In this document: positions 15,614 to 25,166 of the stretch, one piece after another
Position numbering within the stretch: the stretch's first letter is position 1
How the letters are laid out: each line of letters starts with the position of its first letter
Origin: an uncultured Candidatus Binatia bacterium
GTDB lineage: Bacteria > Desulfobacterota > Binatia > UBA9968 > JAJDTQ01
Reading direction: 5' to 3'
DNA length: 64,000 nucleotides
NCBI GenBank assembly: GCA_965215605.1
Contig: OZ244070.1
Coordinates: forward strand, 3,840,001 to 3,904,000
The notes under the pieces: generated by a model
Databases searched by the model: none
Seen by the model: the letters and a program-made list of their open reading frames with translations, nothing else
Told to the model about the DNA's origin: nothing
Program-made: the position numbers and the translations under genes

Positions 15614-16876
15614 TTACATGTTGGCGACGATGGCGTCGCCGAACTCCGAGCACTTCAGCAGCTTGGCGCCGGTCATCAGCCGCTCGAAATCGTAGGTTAC
15701 GGTCTTCTGCGCGATGGTTTCCTCCAGGCCCTGGATCACCAGGTCCGCGGCCTCGTCCCAGCCCAGGTGACGCAGCATCATCTCTCCGGACAGGATGACC
15801 GAGCCGGGGTTGACCTTGTCCTGTCCGGCGTACTTGGGCGCGGTCCCGTGGGTGGCTTCGAACAGGGCGTGGCCGCTGTCGTAGTTGATGTTGCCGCCCG
15901 GCGCGATGCCGATGCCGCCCACCTGCGCCGCCAGCGCGTCCGAGATCAGGTCGCCGGTGAGGTTCATGGTGGGGATCACGTCGAACTCGTCGGGGCGCGT
16001 GAGGATCTGCTGCAGGAAGGCGTCGGTGATGGCGTCCTTGATGAGGATCTGCCCCTCCTCCGGCCGGCCGCCGCAGTCTTCCCACGATATCACCTTGTCG
16101 CCGAACTCCCGCTTGGCCAGCGCGTAGCCCCAGCGCATGAAGGCGCCCTCGGTGTACTTCTGGATGTTGCCCTTGTGGACCAGCGTGACGTTGCGCCGGT
16201 TGTGCTCGACGGCGTAGCGGATCGCCGCCCGGATGAGCCGCTCCGACCCTTCGATGGAGATGGGCTTGATGCCGATGCTGGCGGTGTCGGGGAAGCGGAT
16301 GCTCTTGACCCCCATCTCGTCACGCAGGAACTTGACCACCTTCTCGGCCTCGGGGGTGCCGGTCTCCCACTCGATACCGGCGTAGATGTCCTCGGTGTTC
16401 TCGCGGAAGATCACCATATCCACCAGATGGGGCCGCACCACGGGTGACGGCACGCCCTTGAAGTAGCGCACGGGCCGGAGGCAGACGTAGAGGTCCAGCA
16501 CCTGCCGCAGGGTCACGTTGAGGCTGCGGAAGCCCTCGCCCACCGGGGTGGTCAGGGGACCCTTGATGGCCACCAGGTACTCGCGGATGACGTCCACGGT
16601 CTCCTGCGGCAGCAGGCTGGGCGGACAGTCGTCGCCGTACACGGTCTCGGCCTTCTCGCCCGCGTAGACCTCCATCCAGGATATCTTCTTCTTGCCGCCG
16701 TAGGCCTTTTCCACGGCGCCGTCCAGCACCCGGACCGCTGCCGCCCAGATATCGACGCCGATGCCGTCGCCTTCGATGAAGGGTATGATAGGGTTGTCGG
16801 GCACCTGCAGCTTGCCGTCGGAAAGCGAAACCTTGGAGCCCTCGGACGGAACATTGACGTGTAGATAGCTTGCCAT
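15614..16876 (-). CDS. icd: NADP-dependent isocitrate dehydrogenase
   Basis: [36 protein letters not shown]. Confidence 0.98.
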   Translation of the reverse strand: MASYLHVNVPSEGSKVSLSDGKLQVPDNPIIPFIEGDGIGVDIWAAAVRVLDGAVEKAYGGKKKISWMEVYAGEKAETVYGDDCPPSLLPQETVDVIREYLVAIKGPLTTPVGEGFRSLNVTLRQVLDLYVCLRPVRYFKGVPSPVVRPHLVDMVIFRENTEDIYAGIEWETGTPEAEKVVKFLRDEMGVKSIRFPDTASIGIKPISIEGSERLIRAAIRYAVEHNRRNVTLVHKGNIQKYTEGAFMRWGYALAKREFGDKVISWEDCGGRPEEGQILIKDAITDAFLQQILTRPDEFDVIPTMNLTGDLISDALAAQVGGIGIAPGGNINYDSGHALFEATHGTAPKYAGQDKVNPGSVILSGEMMLRHLGWDEAADLVIQGLEETIAQKTVTYDFERLMTGAKLLKCSEFGDAIVANM

Positions 16877-16879
16877 GGT

Positions 16880-16903
16880 TCTCCTCTGATCTCTCCTCTG
16901 ATC
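16880..16903 (-). repeat. 12-bp tandem duplication containing the icd Shine-Dalgarno
   Basis: (TCTCCTCTGATC)x2 on +; reads GATCAGAGGAGA x2 on - just before the ATG. Confidence 0.85.
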
Positions 16904-17008
16904 TTTGAGATGGCCCGAGGACCGCGGACGGTCTCGGTGATCCTGAATCCGGCAGCGGGCTCGGCGAGGCCGCCCATCCGGTCCAGGCCATGAGTGGGGT
17001 CTGAGTAG

Positions 17009-17037
17009 TCATTAACGAATCTCCGTTGGCGAGTCAA
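17009..17037 (-). promoter_or_regulatory. Candidate sigma70 promoter for the icd operon
   Basis: TTGACT-17 bp-TAATGA on - strand. Confidence 0.45.
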
Positions 17038-17133
17038 GGGAGAGCCCGGACCGCGCCGGCCCGCCAGCGCCGCTGCCATTTCCCCCTGAACCCGCTATAG
17101 TGATCGCCGCGGCGGGTTTTTCCGATTCGGAGC

Positions 17134-17859
17134 ATGGTCTTGAGCGTGCGGATGGACAAGGTGTCTAAGGTTTACGGGCTCCTGTGGGCGCTGAGAGAGG
17201 TGCGCCTGGAGATCGCGGCGGGAGAGTGGGTGGCGCTCCTGGGACCCAACGGTGCCGGCAAGACCACGCTCCTGCGGCTCCTGGCGGCGCTGTCCTACCC
17301 CACCTCCGGCGCCATCGAGCTGTTCGGACGCCAGCTCCCCTACGGCAACTCTCCGCTTCGCGGCATGATCGGTTTTCTCGCCTCCGGCGGCCACCTCTAC
17401 GACAACCTGACCGTCAGCGAGAACCTCCGGTTCTTCGTCTCGCTGTACCGCCGGGACGTTACGGCGGAGGAGCGGCGGGATGTCCTGGGCGAGGTGGGGC
17501 TGCACGAGAAGACCGGCGACTACGTCTCCACCCTGTCCCTGGGCATGCGCTGCCGTCTCGCCGTGGCCAAGTGGCGGCTGGTGAATCCCAGGGTGTTGCT
17601 GGTGGACGAACCCTACGGCGCCCTGGACCCCTCCGGCGTGGAGATGCTCGACCGGTTCCTGGAATCCCTCTGCGCCGGCGGCGGCATCGTGGTGCTGGCT
17701 TCCCATGACGTCCCGCGGGTGCTCAAGCGCTGCTCACGCGCCGTGATCCTGAACCGGGGCCGGATCGTCTTCGACGAGCCCCGGCAGGAGCCCTGGGACA
17801 GCTTCCACACAGCCTTCGACGCCCTCCTCTCTTCCCACGACATGGACGGCACACGTTGA
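17134..17859 (+). CDS. ccmA: Heme exporter ATPase CcmA
   Basis: GPNGAGKTT, LSLGM, LVDEP; first gene of ccm operon. Confidence 0.9.
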   Translation: MVLSVRMDKVSKVYGLLWALREVRLEIAAGEWVALLGPNGAGKTTLLRLLAALSYPTSGAIELFGRQLPYGNSPLRGMIGFLASGGHLYDNLTVSENLRFFVSLYRRDVTAEERRDVLGEVGLHEKTGDYVSTLSLGMRCRLAVAKWRLVNPRVLLVDEPYGALDPSGVEMLDRFLESLCAGGGIVVLASHDVPRVLKRCSRAVILNRGRIVFDEPRQEPWDSFHTAFDALLSSHDMDGTR

Positions 17860-18536
17860 CCGGCACCCTGAGACAGGTCTACTGGCTTCTCTGGAAAGAC
17901 CTCCTGCTGGAGGTGCGCCGCCGCGACAACCTGTTGTCGATGTTCTTCTTCGGCCTCTCGCTGCTCTTCCTCTTCTCGTTCGCCTTCGAGATCACCGCCG
18001 ACAACGTCGCCGGCATGGCGCCGGGGCTTTTGTGGCTCGCGTTCATGTTCAGCGGCACCCTGGCCCTCGGCCAACTCTTCCAGGGCGACCGCGAGAACGA
18101 CTGCCTGGACGCGCTGCTGCTGGCGCCCATGGACCGGGGCGCCTACTACCTCGCCAAGGTCCTCTTCAACTTCTCGCTCATGGCGCTGCTGGAGATCTTC
18201 ATCCTGCCGCTGTTCGGGATCCTGTTCCGCCTGGACTTCTGGCACCTGCTGCCCAACGTGCTGCTCTACACGCTCCTCGGCACCCTCGGCTTCTGTGTCG
18301 TGGGCGTCCTGTTCGCCGCGGTGACGCTGCGCGCCCGGGCCCGCGCCCTGCTGCTTCCCGTGCTGCTCTTTCCCCTGATGATCCCGGTGATCCTGGGCAC
18401 CGTCCGCACCCTCCAGATCATCCTGGGGGCGGGCGCCGCCCCCGATCTGGTGCCCTGGTTCCGTCTGCTGGTGGGCTTCGACCTGATCTTCGTCACCGCC
18501 GGCTTCCTGCTGCTGGAGTGGGTGCTCGACGGCTGA
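17856..18536 (+). CDS. ccmB: Heme exporter permease CcmB
   Basis: KDLLLEVRRR, PGLLW, LLPVLLFPLMIPV; multi-TM. Confidence 0.93.
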   Translation: MTGTLRQVYWLLWKDLLLEVRRRDNLLSMFFFGLSLLFLFSFAFEITADNVAGMAPGLLWLAFMFSGTLALGQLFQGDRENDCLDALLLAPMDRGAYYLAKVLFNFSLMALLEIFILPLFGILFRLDFWHLLPNVLLYTLLGTLGFCVVGVLFAAVTLRARARALLLPVLLFPLMIPVILGTVRTLQIILGAGAAPDLVPWFRLLVGFDLIFVTAGFLLLEWVLDG

Positions 18537-18584
18537 CCGCGATTGGGAACTGCCGCACGCGGGTGCTATCATCAACGATAACCC

Positions 18585-19265
18585 ATGGCTCGAAAAATTC
18601 TCGGTACTCTCACGCTCATTCTTATCGTCACGGGGCTGTACTGGGGTCTGGTGGAGGCGCCGCCGGACGCCCGGCAGGGCGAAACCCAGCGGATCATGTA
18701 TCTCCACATCCCCAGCATCCTGGTGGCGTACCTGTCGTTCTTCATCGTGTTCGTGGGGAGTTGCCTCTACCTGTGGAAAGGGGAACGCCGGGACGACAAC
18801 CTGGCCCACTCGGCCGCGGAGATCGGCGTGCTCTTTACCGCCCTTACCATCGTGGGGGGATCCATCTGGGGCAAACCCACCTGGGGGGTGTGGTGGACCT
18901 GGGACGCCCGGCTCACGCTCACCGCCATCCTGCTGCTGATCTTCACCGGCTACCTGCTGCTGCGGTCACTCATCGAGGACCAGCGGCGGGCGGCCGTGTC
19001 CGGCGCGATACTGGGCATCATCGGCTTCCTGGACATCCCGTTGATACACATGTCGGTGTACTGGTGGCGCACCCTGCACCAGCCCCCCTCCATACTGCGC
19101 CCCGACAAGGCGCCGTGGGACAACATCGATCCGGCCATGCTCTGGCCCCTGGGCATCAACTTCGCAGCCTTTCTGCTGCTGTTCTTCTACCTGTTGTCGT
19201 TGCGCATCCACCTGGGCGAGGTGGAGGAGCAGGCGCGTCGAAACCGGCTCTACGACGCGGCGTGA
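18585..19265 (+). CDS. ccmC: Heme exporter CcmC
   Basis: IMYLHIP, WGKPTWGVWWTWDARLT, VYWWRTLHQ. Confidence 0.97.
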   Translation: MARKILGTLTLILIVTGLYWGLVEAPPDARQGETQRIMYLHIPSILVAYLSFFIVFVGSCLYLWKGERRDDNLAHSAAEIGVLFTALTIVGGSIWGKPTWGVWWTWDARLTLTAILLLIFTGYLLLRSLIEDQRRAAVSGAILGIIGFLDIPLIHMSVYWWRTLHQPPSILRPDKAPWDNIDPAMLWPLGINFAAFLLLFFYLLSLRIHLGEVEEQARRNRLYDAA

Positions 19266-19289
19266 CCGGCGTTTTGGGAGCGTGAATCC

Positions 19290-19445
19290 ATGGGACACTG
19301 GGGTTTCGTCTTTCTCGCCTACGGCATCGTCTGGTGCAGCATTCTGATCTATACCGTGCTCCTGAAACGGCGCATTCAGAAGGCGACGGCGACCCGCGGA
19401 AGGACTCCCCGTGCGTCAAGCGAGGTGGACGGACATGAAGCCTAG
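19290..19445 (+). CDS. ccmD: CcmD, 51 aa (below ORF-track cutoff)
   Basis: MGHWGFVFLAYGIVWCSILIYTVLLKRRIQK..; single TM plus basic tail, between ccmC and ccmE. Confidence 0.85.
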   Translation: MGHWGFVFLAYGIVWCSILIYTVLLKRRIQKATATRGRTPRASSEVDGHEA

Positions 19446-19872
19446 GTATCTCATCGGCGGCCTGATCATCGTCGGCGGCCTGGCCTATCTCATCTACGGC
19501 GCCATGCAGGAAGCCGTGGTCTATTTCGTCACGCCCACCGAGCTGCGCTCCGAGACCACGCCGCCGGACCGGTTCCTTCGGGTGGGCGGCATGGTGCTGC
19601 CGGGCTCTCTCAAGAAGGACCTCGACCGGCGCACCTTCCGTTTCCGGATCACCGACGGCCAGGAGTCCCTCGCCGTGCGTTTCCAGGGCGTGCCGCCGGA
19701 TCTCTTCTCCGAGGGCAAGGGCGCGGTGGTGGAGGGACGGCTCAGCGACGACGGCGTCTTCAAGGCGTCCACCGTCATGGCCAAGCACGCCGAAGAGTAC
19801 AGCCCGCACCCGGAGGGCGAAGACCCGGCCGGCAAACGAAGCTTCGTGCCCGCTCGGCCCGCCGGCGGCTAG
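19435..19872 (+). CDS. ccmE: Heme chaperone CcmE
   Basis: YFVTPTE, RVGGMV, PDLFSEG, AKHAEEY (heme-binding His). Confidence 0.96.
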   Translation: MKPRYLIGGLIIVGGLAYLIYGAMQEAVVYFVTPTELRSETTPPDRFLRVGGMVLPGSLKKDLDRRTFRFRITDGQESLAVRFQGVPPDLFSEGKGAVVEGRLSDDGVFKASTVMAKHAEEYSPHPEGEDPAGKRSFVPARPAGG

Positions 19873-19882
19873 TGGCCTGTCC

Positions 19883-21844
19883 ATGACCGCGACCCTGGGA
19901 CATACCTGTGTGCTGCTGGCGCTGGCGCTGGCGGCATGGGGCATCGCGGCCCCGATCCTGCACGCGCGCACCGGCATCGAGCGCTTCCACGCTTCGGCCC
20001 GCTACGCCATCGCCGGCCAGTTCGTGCTCGTGACCGTGGCCGCGGCGGCATTGATCTACGCTCTGGTGGCCACCGACTTCTCCATCCGCTACGTGGCCCT
20101 CAACACGACCCGGAACACCCCCGTCTACTACCGCGTCACCGGCCTGTGGGGCGCCCTGGAAGGCTCGCTGCTCCTGTGGGAGTGGATCCTCATCATCTTC
20201 TCGGCCCTGGTGGCGTGGAGCTACCGCAGGCGCATGCAGGAGTTCATGCCCTGGGTGCTGATGGTGTTTTCCATCGTCTCGGCCTTCTTCCTGGCGGTCA
20301 TCGCCTTCGGCTCCAACCCCTTCGAGACCCAGTTCCCGGTGCCCGCCGACGGCCGCGGGCTCAACCCGCTGCTGGAAGACGCCAACATGCTGAGCCACCC
20401 GCCGCTCCTGTACACCGGGTTCGTCGGGCTCACCGTCCCCTACGCCTTTGCCATGGCCGCGCTCATCTGCGGCAAACTGGACCAAAGCTGGATCGTCGCC
20501 ACCCGGCGCTGGACCATCACCGCCTGGTTCTTTCTGACCCTCGGCAACCTCGTGGGCGCGTGGTGGTCGTACCACGTCCTCGGCTGGGGCGGCTATTGGG
20601 CCTGGGACCCGGTGGAGAACGCCGCCTTCATGCCCTGGCTGCCGGCCACCGCGTTCCTCCATTCGGTGCAGGTGCAGGAACGGCGCGGCATGCTCAAGAC
20701 CTGGAACCTGCTGCTGATCATCATCGCCTTCAGCCTCACCCTCTTCGGCACCTTCCTGACGCGCTCGGGGGTTCTGTCCTCCATCCACGCCTTCTCGTCC
20801 GGGCCGGTGGGGGCCTACTTCCTGGGGTTCCTGGGCTTCGTGCTGATCTCGTCGCTGGGGCTGCTGGCCTGGCGCAGCGACCAACTACGGGGCCAGCCGG
20901 AGCTCGATTCCGTGGTAAGCCGCGAATCGGCGTTCGTGCTGAACAACGTGGTGTTCGTGTCGGCGCTGTTCACCATCTTCCTCGGCACCGTCTTCCCGCT
21001 GCTGTCCCAGGCCGTGGCCGGGGTCCAGGTAAGCGTCGGCGCCCCCTACTTCAACAGCGTCACGGCGCCGCTGTTCCTGCTGCTGGTCTTCCTCATGGGG
21101 GTGGGTCCGCTCATTGCCTGGCGGCGGGCTTCGTGGGACAACCTCAAGCGGAACTTCACTTGGCCCATGGTCGCGTCGCTGGCCGTGGCCGTGGGCCTGT
21201 TCGCCGGCGGGATACGCTCGTTCCTGTCACTGCTGGGCTTCACCCTCTGCGCCTTCACGGTCTGGACCATGGTCTTCGACACCTTCCTGTCCCTGCGCGC
21301 CCGGCGGCGGCAGGCCGGAGAAGGCCCGTTGCGCGGGCTCGCCACCCTGGTCCGCCGCAACCAGCGCCGCTACGGCGGCTTCGTGGTGCACCTGGGGGTG
21401 GTTCTGGTGGTGCTGGGCATCGCCGGCTCCATGGCCTACAGCATCGAGCGGGAGGCGACCCTGAGCGTCGGCGAGACGCTCCAGGCCGGACCCTACCGGG
21501 TGGCCTTCGAGGGACTTCAGGGCTCGCAGCAGCCCACCCACTACCGGGTGGAAGGGGCGTTCCAGGTGTCGCAGAACGGCCACGCCCTGGGGCGCCTGTC
21601 GCCGGCGCTGAAGTTCTTCCCGGCCCAGGACTCGCCCATCGGGCGGGCGGTGTTCCGAAGCACCCTCAAGGAGGACCTCTACCTCATCCTTTCAGGCTTC
21701 AGCGAGGTGGGACAGAACCGGGCCACCCTCAAGGTGCTGATCCGCCCGCTGGTGCTGTGGATCTGGCTCGGCGGCGTCGTCATCACCCTCGGCACGCTCA
21801 TGACCATCCTGCCCATGGGGCGCGCCGCTCGGACGGAAACTTGA
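19883..21844 (+). CDS. ccmF: Cytochrome c heme lyase CcmF
   Basis: GLNPLL, HPPLLY, WGGYWAWDPVEN, TRSG..SIHAF. Confidence 0.98.
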   Translation: MTATLGHTCVLLALALAAWGIAAPILHARTGIERFHASARYAIAGQFVLVTVAAAALIYALVATDFSIRYVALNTTRNTPVYYRVTGLWGALEGSLLLWEWILIIFSALVAWSYRRRMQEFMPWVLMVFSIVSAFFLAVIAFGSNPFETQFPVPADGRGLNPLLEDANMLSHPPLLYTGFVGLTVPYAFAMAALICGKLDQSWIVATRRWTITAWFFLTLGNLVGAWWSYHVLGWGGYWAWDPVENAAFMPWLPATAFLHSVQVQERRGMLKTWNLLLIIIAFSLTLFGTFLTRSGVLSSIHAFSSGPVGAYFLGFLGFVLISSLGLLAWRSDQLRGQPELDSVVSRESAFVLNNVVFVSALFTIFLGTVFPLLSQAVAGVQVSVGAPYFNSVTAPLFLLLVFLMGVGPLIAWRRASWDNLKRNFTWPMVASLAVAVGLFAGGIRSFLSLLGFTLCAFTVWTMVFDTFLSLRARRRQAGEGPLRGLATLVRRNQRRYGGFVVHLGVVLVVLGIAGSMAYSIEREATLSVGETLQAGPYRVAFEGLQGSQQPTHYRVEGAFQVSQNGHALGRLSPALKFFPAQDSPIGRAVFRSTLKEDLYLILSGFSEVGQNRATLKVLIRPLVLWIWLGGVVITLGTLMTILPMGRAARTET

Positions 21845-22410
21845 GCCCGGCGGCGCGAAGACTGCTGTTCACCCTCATGGGGGTGGGGCTGGTGCTGATC
21901 CTGCTGGGTTACGGATTCTACCAGGACCCGCGCTACATCCCCTCGCCGCTGGTGGGCGGCCCCGCCCCGGACTTCTCGCTGGATACGTTCAAGGGCGAAA
22001 CGGTGCGTCTTTCGGACCTGCGGGGCAAGACCGTGCTGCTGGATTTCTGGGCCTCCTGGTGCCTGCCCTGCCGGGCGGAGGCCAGGGAACTGGAGGCGGC
22101 CTGGAAGCGTCAGGGAGACGACGTCGTCTTTCTCGGCATCAACATCCAGGACAGCAAGGCCGAGGCGCTGAAATTCATCGACGAGTTCGGCATCACGTTC
22201 CTCAACGGCCAGGACGCCGACGGGAAGGTGTCCGTGGACTACGGCGTGTGGGGAATCCCGGAAGCGTTCTTCCTCAGCCCCGCCGGAAGGATCACCTACA
22301 AGCACGTGGGCGCCGTCCCGCCGCCGATTCTGGCGGCCAAGCTGGAGGAGGCCCGGCGCGATCTGGTCAGCACCGACAGCGGCCGCGGAGAACACCAGGC
22401 CATACGATGA
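21841..22410 (+). CDS. ccmG: Thiol:disulfide oxidoreductase CcmG/TlpA family
   Basis: N-terminal TM, FWASWCLPC, YGVWGIPE; TTG start overlaps ccmF stop. Confidence 0.85.
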   Translation: MSPAARRLLFTLMGVGLVLILLGYGFYQDPRYIPSPLVGGPAPDFSLDTFKGETVRLSDLRGKTVLLDFWASWCLPCRAEARELEAAWKRQGDDVVFLGINIQDSKAEALKFIDEFGITFLNGQDADGKVSVDYGVWGIPEAFFLSPAGRITYKHVGAVPPPILAAKLEEARRDLVSTDSGRGEHQAIR

Positions 22411-23987
22411 GCATCGCAGCGAAAGCAGTGCTTTGGGGTCTGCTCCTCACCTTTTCCTTCAATGTCCATGCGGACCAGGCGCTGGAGGACCGGGTGCGGG
22501 CCATCGCCTCGGAACTCCGTTGCGTGGTGTGCCAGAACCTGTCCGTGGCCGACTCCCCGGCCGAGATGGCGGTGCAGATGCGCGGCATCGTTCGCGAACA
22601 GCTCAAGGATGGCAAGACGCCGGACGAGATCCGGAGCTACTTCGTCTCCAAGTACGGCGAGTGGGTCCTGCTGGCGCCCCCGGCCCACGGCTTCAACCTG
22701 ACCGTCTGGCTCCTGCCCTTCGCCGTCCTGCTCGCCGGGCTGGCCTGGGCGGCGTGGCTTCTCCGCCGGTGGAGCCGCCGGAAGAGGGATGAACCGGAAG
22801 AACCCCCGGATCCGGAACTGCTGGAGCAGGTCCGCGCCGAGGCCGCGCGCGCCGACTTCCCCGGCGCTCCCGGGCGGGAGCCGCCGGACCACGAACGGAC
22901 CCGCCTCTACCAGGACCTCCGCGAGCTGGACTTCGACCGTGAGGCCGGAAAGCTGTCCGATGCCGACTACCAAGCCCTCAAGGAACGCTACGAACGTCAG
23001 GCGGTGCGCCGGCTCGCGGAGAGCCGCGAAAGCGTGGCGCCGGACCCGGAACCCGAGATGACGCAGACCACCGATGCCGGGGGACGGAGGCGAAGATGGG
23101 CGCCGGCCGCGTGGGCGGTGGCGCTGTTGGCGGGCGGCATTACGCTCGGCCTGCTGCTGGGCCAGTCGCTGCGGCCCCGCACCTCCACCGAAGACAGCAT
23201 CACCGGCGACTTCATGACCGGCACCGGCCCCCAGGGGATCAGCCGCCCGCGCGCGTCCGGTAACCCGGAGACGGCCCTTGGTCGGGGCCAGGAGGCGTTC
23301 CGGCGACAGGATTTCAAGACCGCCATCGAGGCCTTCCGCACCGTGCTGGGGCAGGACCCGGGCCACCCTCTGGCCAACGCCTACATGGGGATGGTGCTGG
23401 CACAGGCCGGTCACACGGACGCCGCCCTGGAGGCGCTGGACCGGGCGCTGTCCCGGACTCCCAACCAGCCCCTGGCCTTGTGGGCCAAGGGGATGATCCT
23501 CTACCAGGAGGGGCGCGACCCGGACGGCGCCAGGGAGCACCTCCAACGGCTCGAGGGGCTGCTGCCGGCGGGCGAACAGAAAGACGCTGTCCGGGAGATC
23601 ATCGCGCAGATCGGTCAGGCGCCGCAGGAAACGCCCAAGGCGCCGGCGGGGCCGGGCATCGGGGGCACCGTCCGGCTGGATCCCCGGCACGCGGCACAGG
23701 CAGGCGGAAAGGCCATCCTCTACATCGTCGCCAGGCCGGCCGGAGCCGGCGGCGGCCCGCCGCTGGCGGTCAAGCGCATCGCCGCCCCCGCCTTCCCGGT
23801 CTCCTTCTCGCTGGGCCCCGGCGACGTCATGATGCCGGGGATGGCGTTCGACGGCCCGCTGGACCTCAGCGCGCGGCTCGACCGGGACGGCGACCCCCTG
23901 ACGCGCGAACCCGGAGAGCCGGCGGGTACCCACGAGGGGAATCCCGTGAAGCCCGGCGCCAGAAATGTGGCGATCACATTGAAATGA
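22407..23987 (+). CDS. ccmH: CcmH-CcmI(CycH) fusion: redox domain, TPR and C-terminal beta domain
   Basis: LRCVVCQN..DS..YGEWVL..PP; RELDFDREAGKLS; TPR helices; PPLAVKR..FPVSFSL..MMPG. Confidence 0.88.
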   Translation: MSIAAKAVLWGLLLTFSFNVHADQALEDRVRAIASELRCVVCQNLSVADSPAEMAVQMRGIVREQLKDGKTPDEIRSYFVSKYGEWVLLAPPAHGFNLTVWLLPFAVLLAGLAWAAWLLRRWSRRKRDEPEEPPDPELLEQVRAEAARADFPGAPGREPPDHERTRLYQDLRELDFDREAGKLSDADYQALKERYERQAVRRLAESRESVAPDPEPEMTQTTDAGGRRRRWAPAAWAVALLAGGITLGLLLGQSLRPRTSTEDSITGDFMTGTGPQGISRPRASGNPETALGRGQEAFRRQDFKTAIEAFRTVLGQDPGHPLANAYMGMVLAQAGHTDAALEALDRALSRTPNQPLALWAKGMILYQEGRDPDGAREHLQRLEGLLPAGEQKDAVREIIAQIGQAPQETPKAPAGPGIGGTVRLDPRHAAQAGGKAILYIVARPAGAGGGPPLAVKRIAAPAFPVSFSLGPGDVMMPGMAFDGPLDLSARLDRDGDPLTREPGEPAGTHEGNPVKPGARNVAITLK

Positions 23988-24105
23988 CGCCTCCGCCTTG
24001 TGTCCAAGGGTCGATCAATTTGCGCCAAAGCCCGTGGAACAGGCTGTCGCTCCTTCGAATCAACGAGTTCGAGTCAACACCGAGGGTCGGAGCTCCGTCG
24101 GTCGA

Positions 24106-24582
24106 TCAATCCGCGCCGGGAAGCCGCTGATATTTTCCCTTGAAGAAGAGAAGCGGGCGCTCGCCCGCCGCTTGCGCGTGGATGACCTCACCGAGGTAGA
24201 TGGTGTGGTCGCCGCCGTCGTAGCCCTGGGTGACCGCGCACTCGATGTGCCCGATGGTTTCGTCCAGGACCGGGACGCCGTTGTCGCTCATGTGCCAGGG
24301 GGTGTCCTGGAACTTCTCGATGCCCTTGGTGGCGAAGCGGTTGGCGAGCTGCTCCTGGTGCTCCCCGAGCAGGTTGACGGCGAATACCCCGGAATCTTCG
24401 AAGCAGTCGTAGCAGTTGGCCTTCTTGTCGATGCAGACCAGCACCAGCGGCGGGTTCAGTGAAAGGGACGAGAAGGCATTGGCGGTGATGCCGGTGGGGA
24501 CTCCGTCCTTGTCCTTGGTGGTGACGATGGTCACGCCGGTGGCGAAGTGTCCCATCACATGCCGGATCTCGCGTGCGTCCAT
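24106..24582 (-). CDS. Flavin reductase-like (HpaC/RutF family)
   Basis: MGHFATGVTIVT, SLSLNPPLVL, GGDHTIYLG, PLLFFKGKY. Confidence 0.92.
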   Translation of the reverse strand: MDAREIRHVMGHFATGVTIVTTKDKDGVPTGITANAFSSLSLNPPLVLVCIDKKANCYDCFEDSGVFAVNLLGEHQEQLANRFATKGIEKFQDTPWHMSDNGVPVLDETIGHIECAVTQGYDGGDHTIYLGEVIHAQAAGERPLLFFKGKYQRLPGAD

Positions 24583-24721
24583 GGGGCACCGGGTAACAGA
24601 CCGGGCGACGCGTTGTCAATCGCCCGCCCGGACGTAACCGAAGCCGACGGCTCGTGGCCTGAAGAGCACTGGAGCCCAGGCGGAATGACGGGTTCAGGAG
24701 TGACTTGAGCGAGGCCGGAAC

Positions 24722-25162
24722 TCAGCTATCGAGCTCCGGCTTGGGCAGCATCAGGCAGGGAATGCCTTCGTCGTCGAGGGCTTCCCGTTCTTGCTCCGTG
24801 GCGGTGCCGTGGATCGGCCGCTCGTCGGCGTCGCCCGCCTCGATGCGGCGGGCTTCCTGGGCGAAATGAGAGCCTACGTCCTCGAAGTTGTCGCGGACGT
24901 AGTGATGTACCCGGATCAGCGCTTCCTTGAGCTGCTCGGGCGCGGCCATGGCCGGTCCCGCCGCCGGCCGCGGGGCCGGGGACGGCGCCCTGTCCTTCTT
25001 CATGTGGACCGCGCAGGTATGAGGGAGCTTGGTGATGACCGTGGAGTTGCACACCGGACAGGCGATCCGGTCCCCGGACAACTGTTCCTGGTAGTTCTCC
25101 GGCCCCGAGAACCATCCCTCGAAACCGTGGCCGTTGTCACATTCGAGATCGTAGATGACCAT
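24722..25162 (-). CDS. DUF1178-family Zn-ribbon protein
   Basis: MVIYDLECDNGHGFEGWF, CPVC, EDVGSHFAQEARRI, RPIHGTA. Confidence 0.85.
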   Translation of the reverse strand: MVIYDLECDNGHGFEGWFSGPENYQEQLSGDRIACPVCNSTVITKLPHTCAVHMKKDRAPSPAPRPAAGPAMAAPEQLKEALIRVHHYVRDNFEDVGSHFAQEARRIEAGDADERPIHGTATEQEREALDDEGIPCLMLPKPELDS

Positions 25163-25166
25163 GCTG

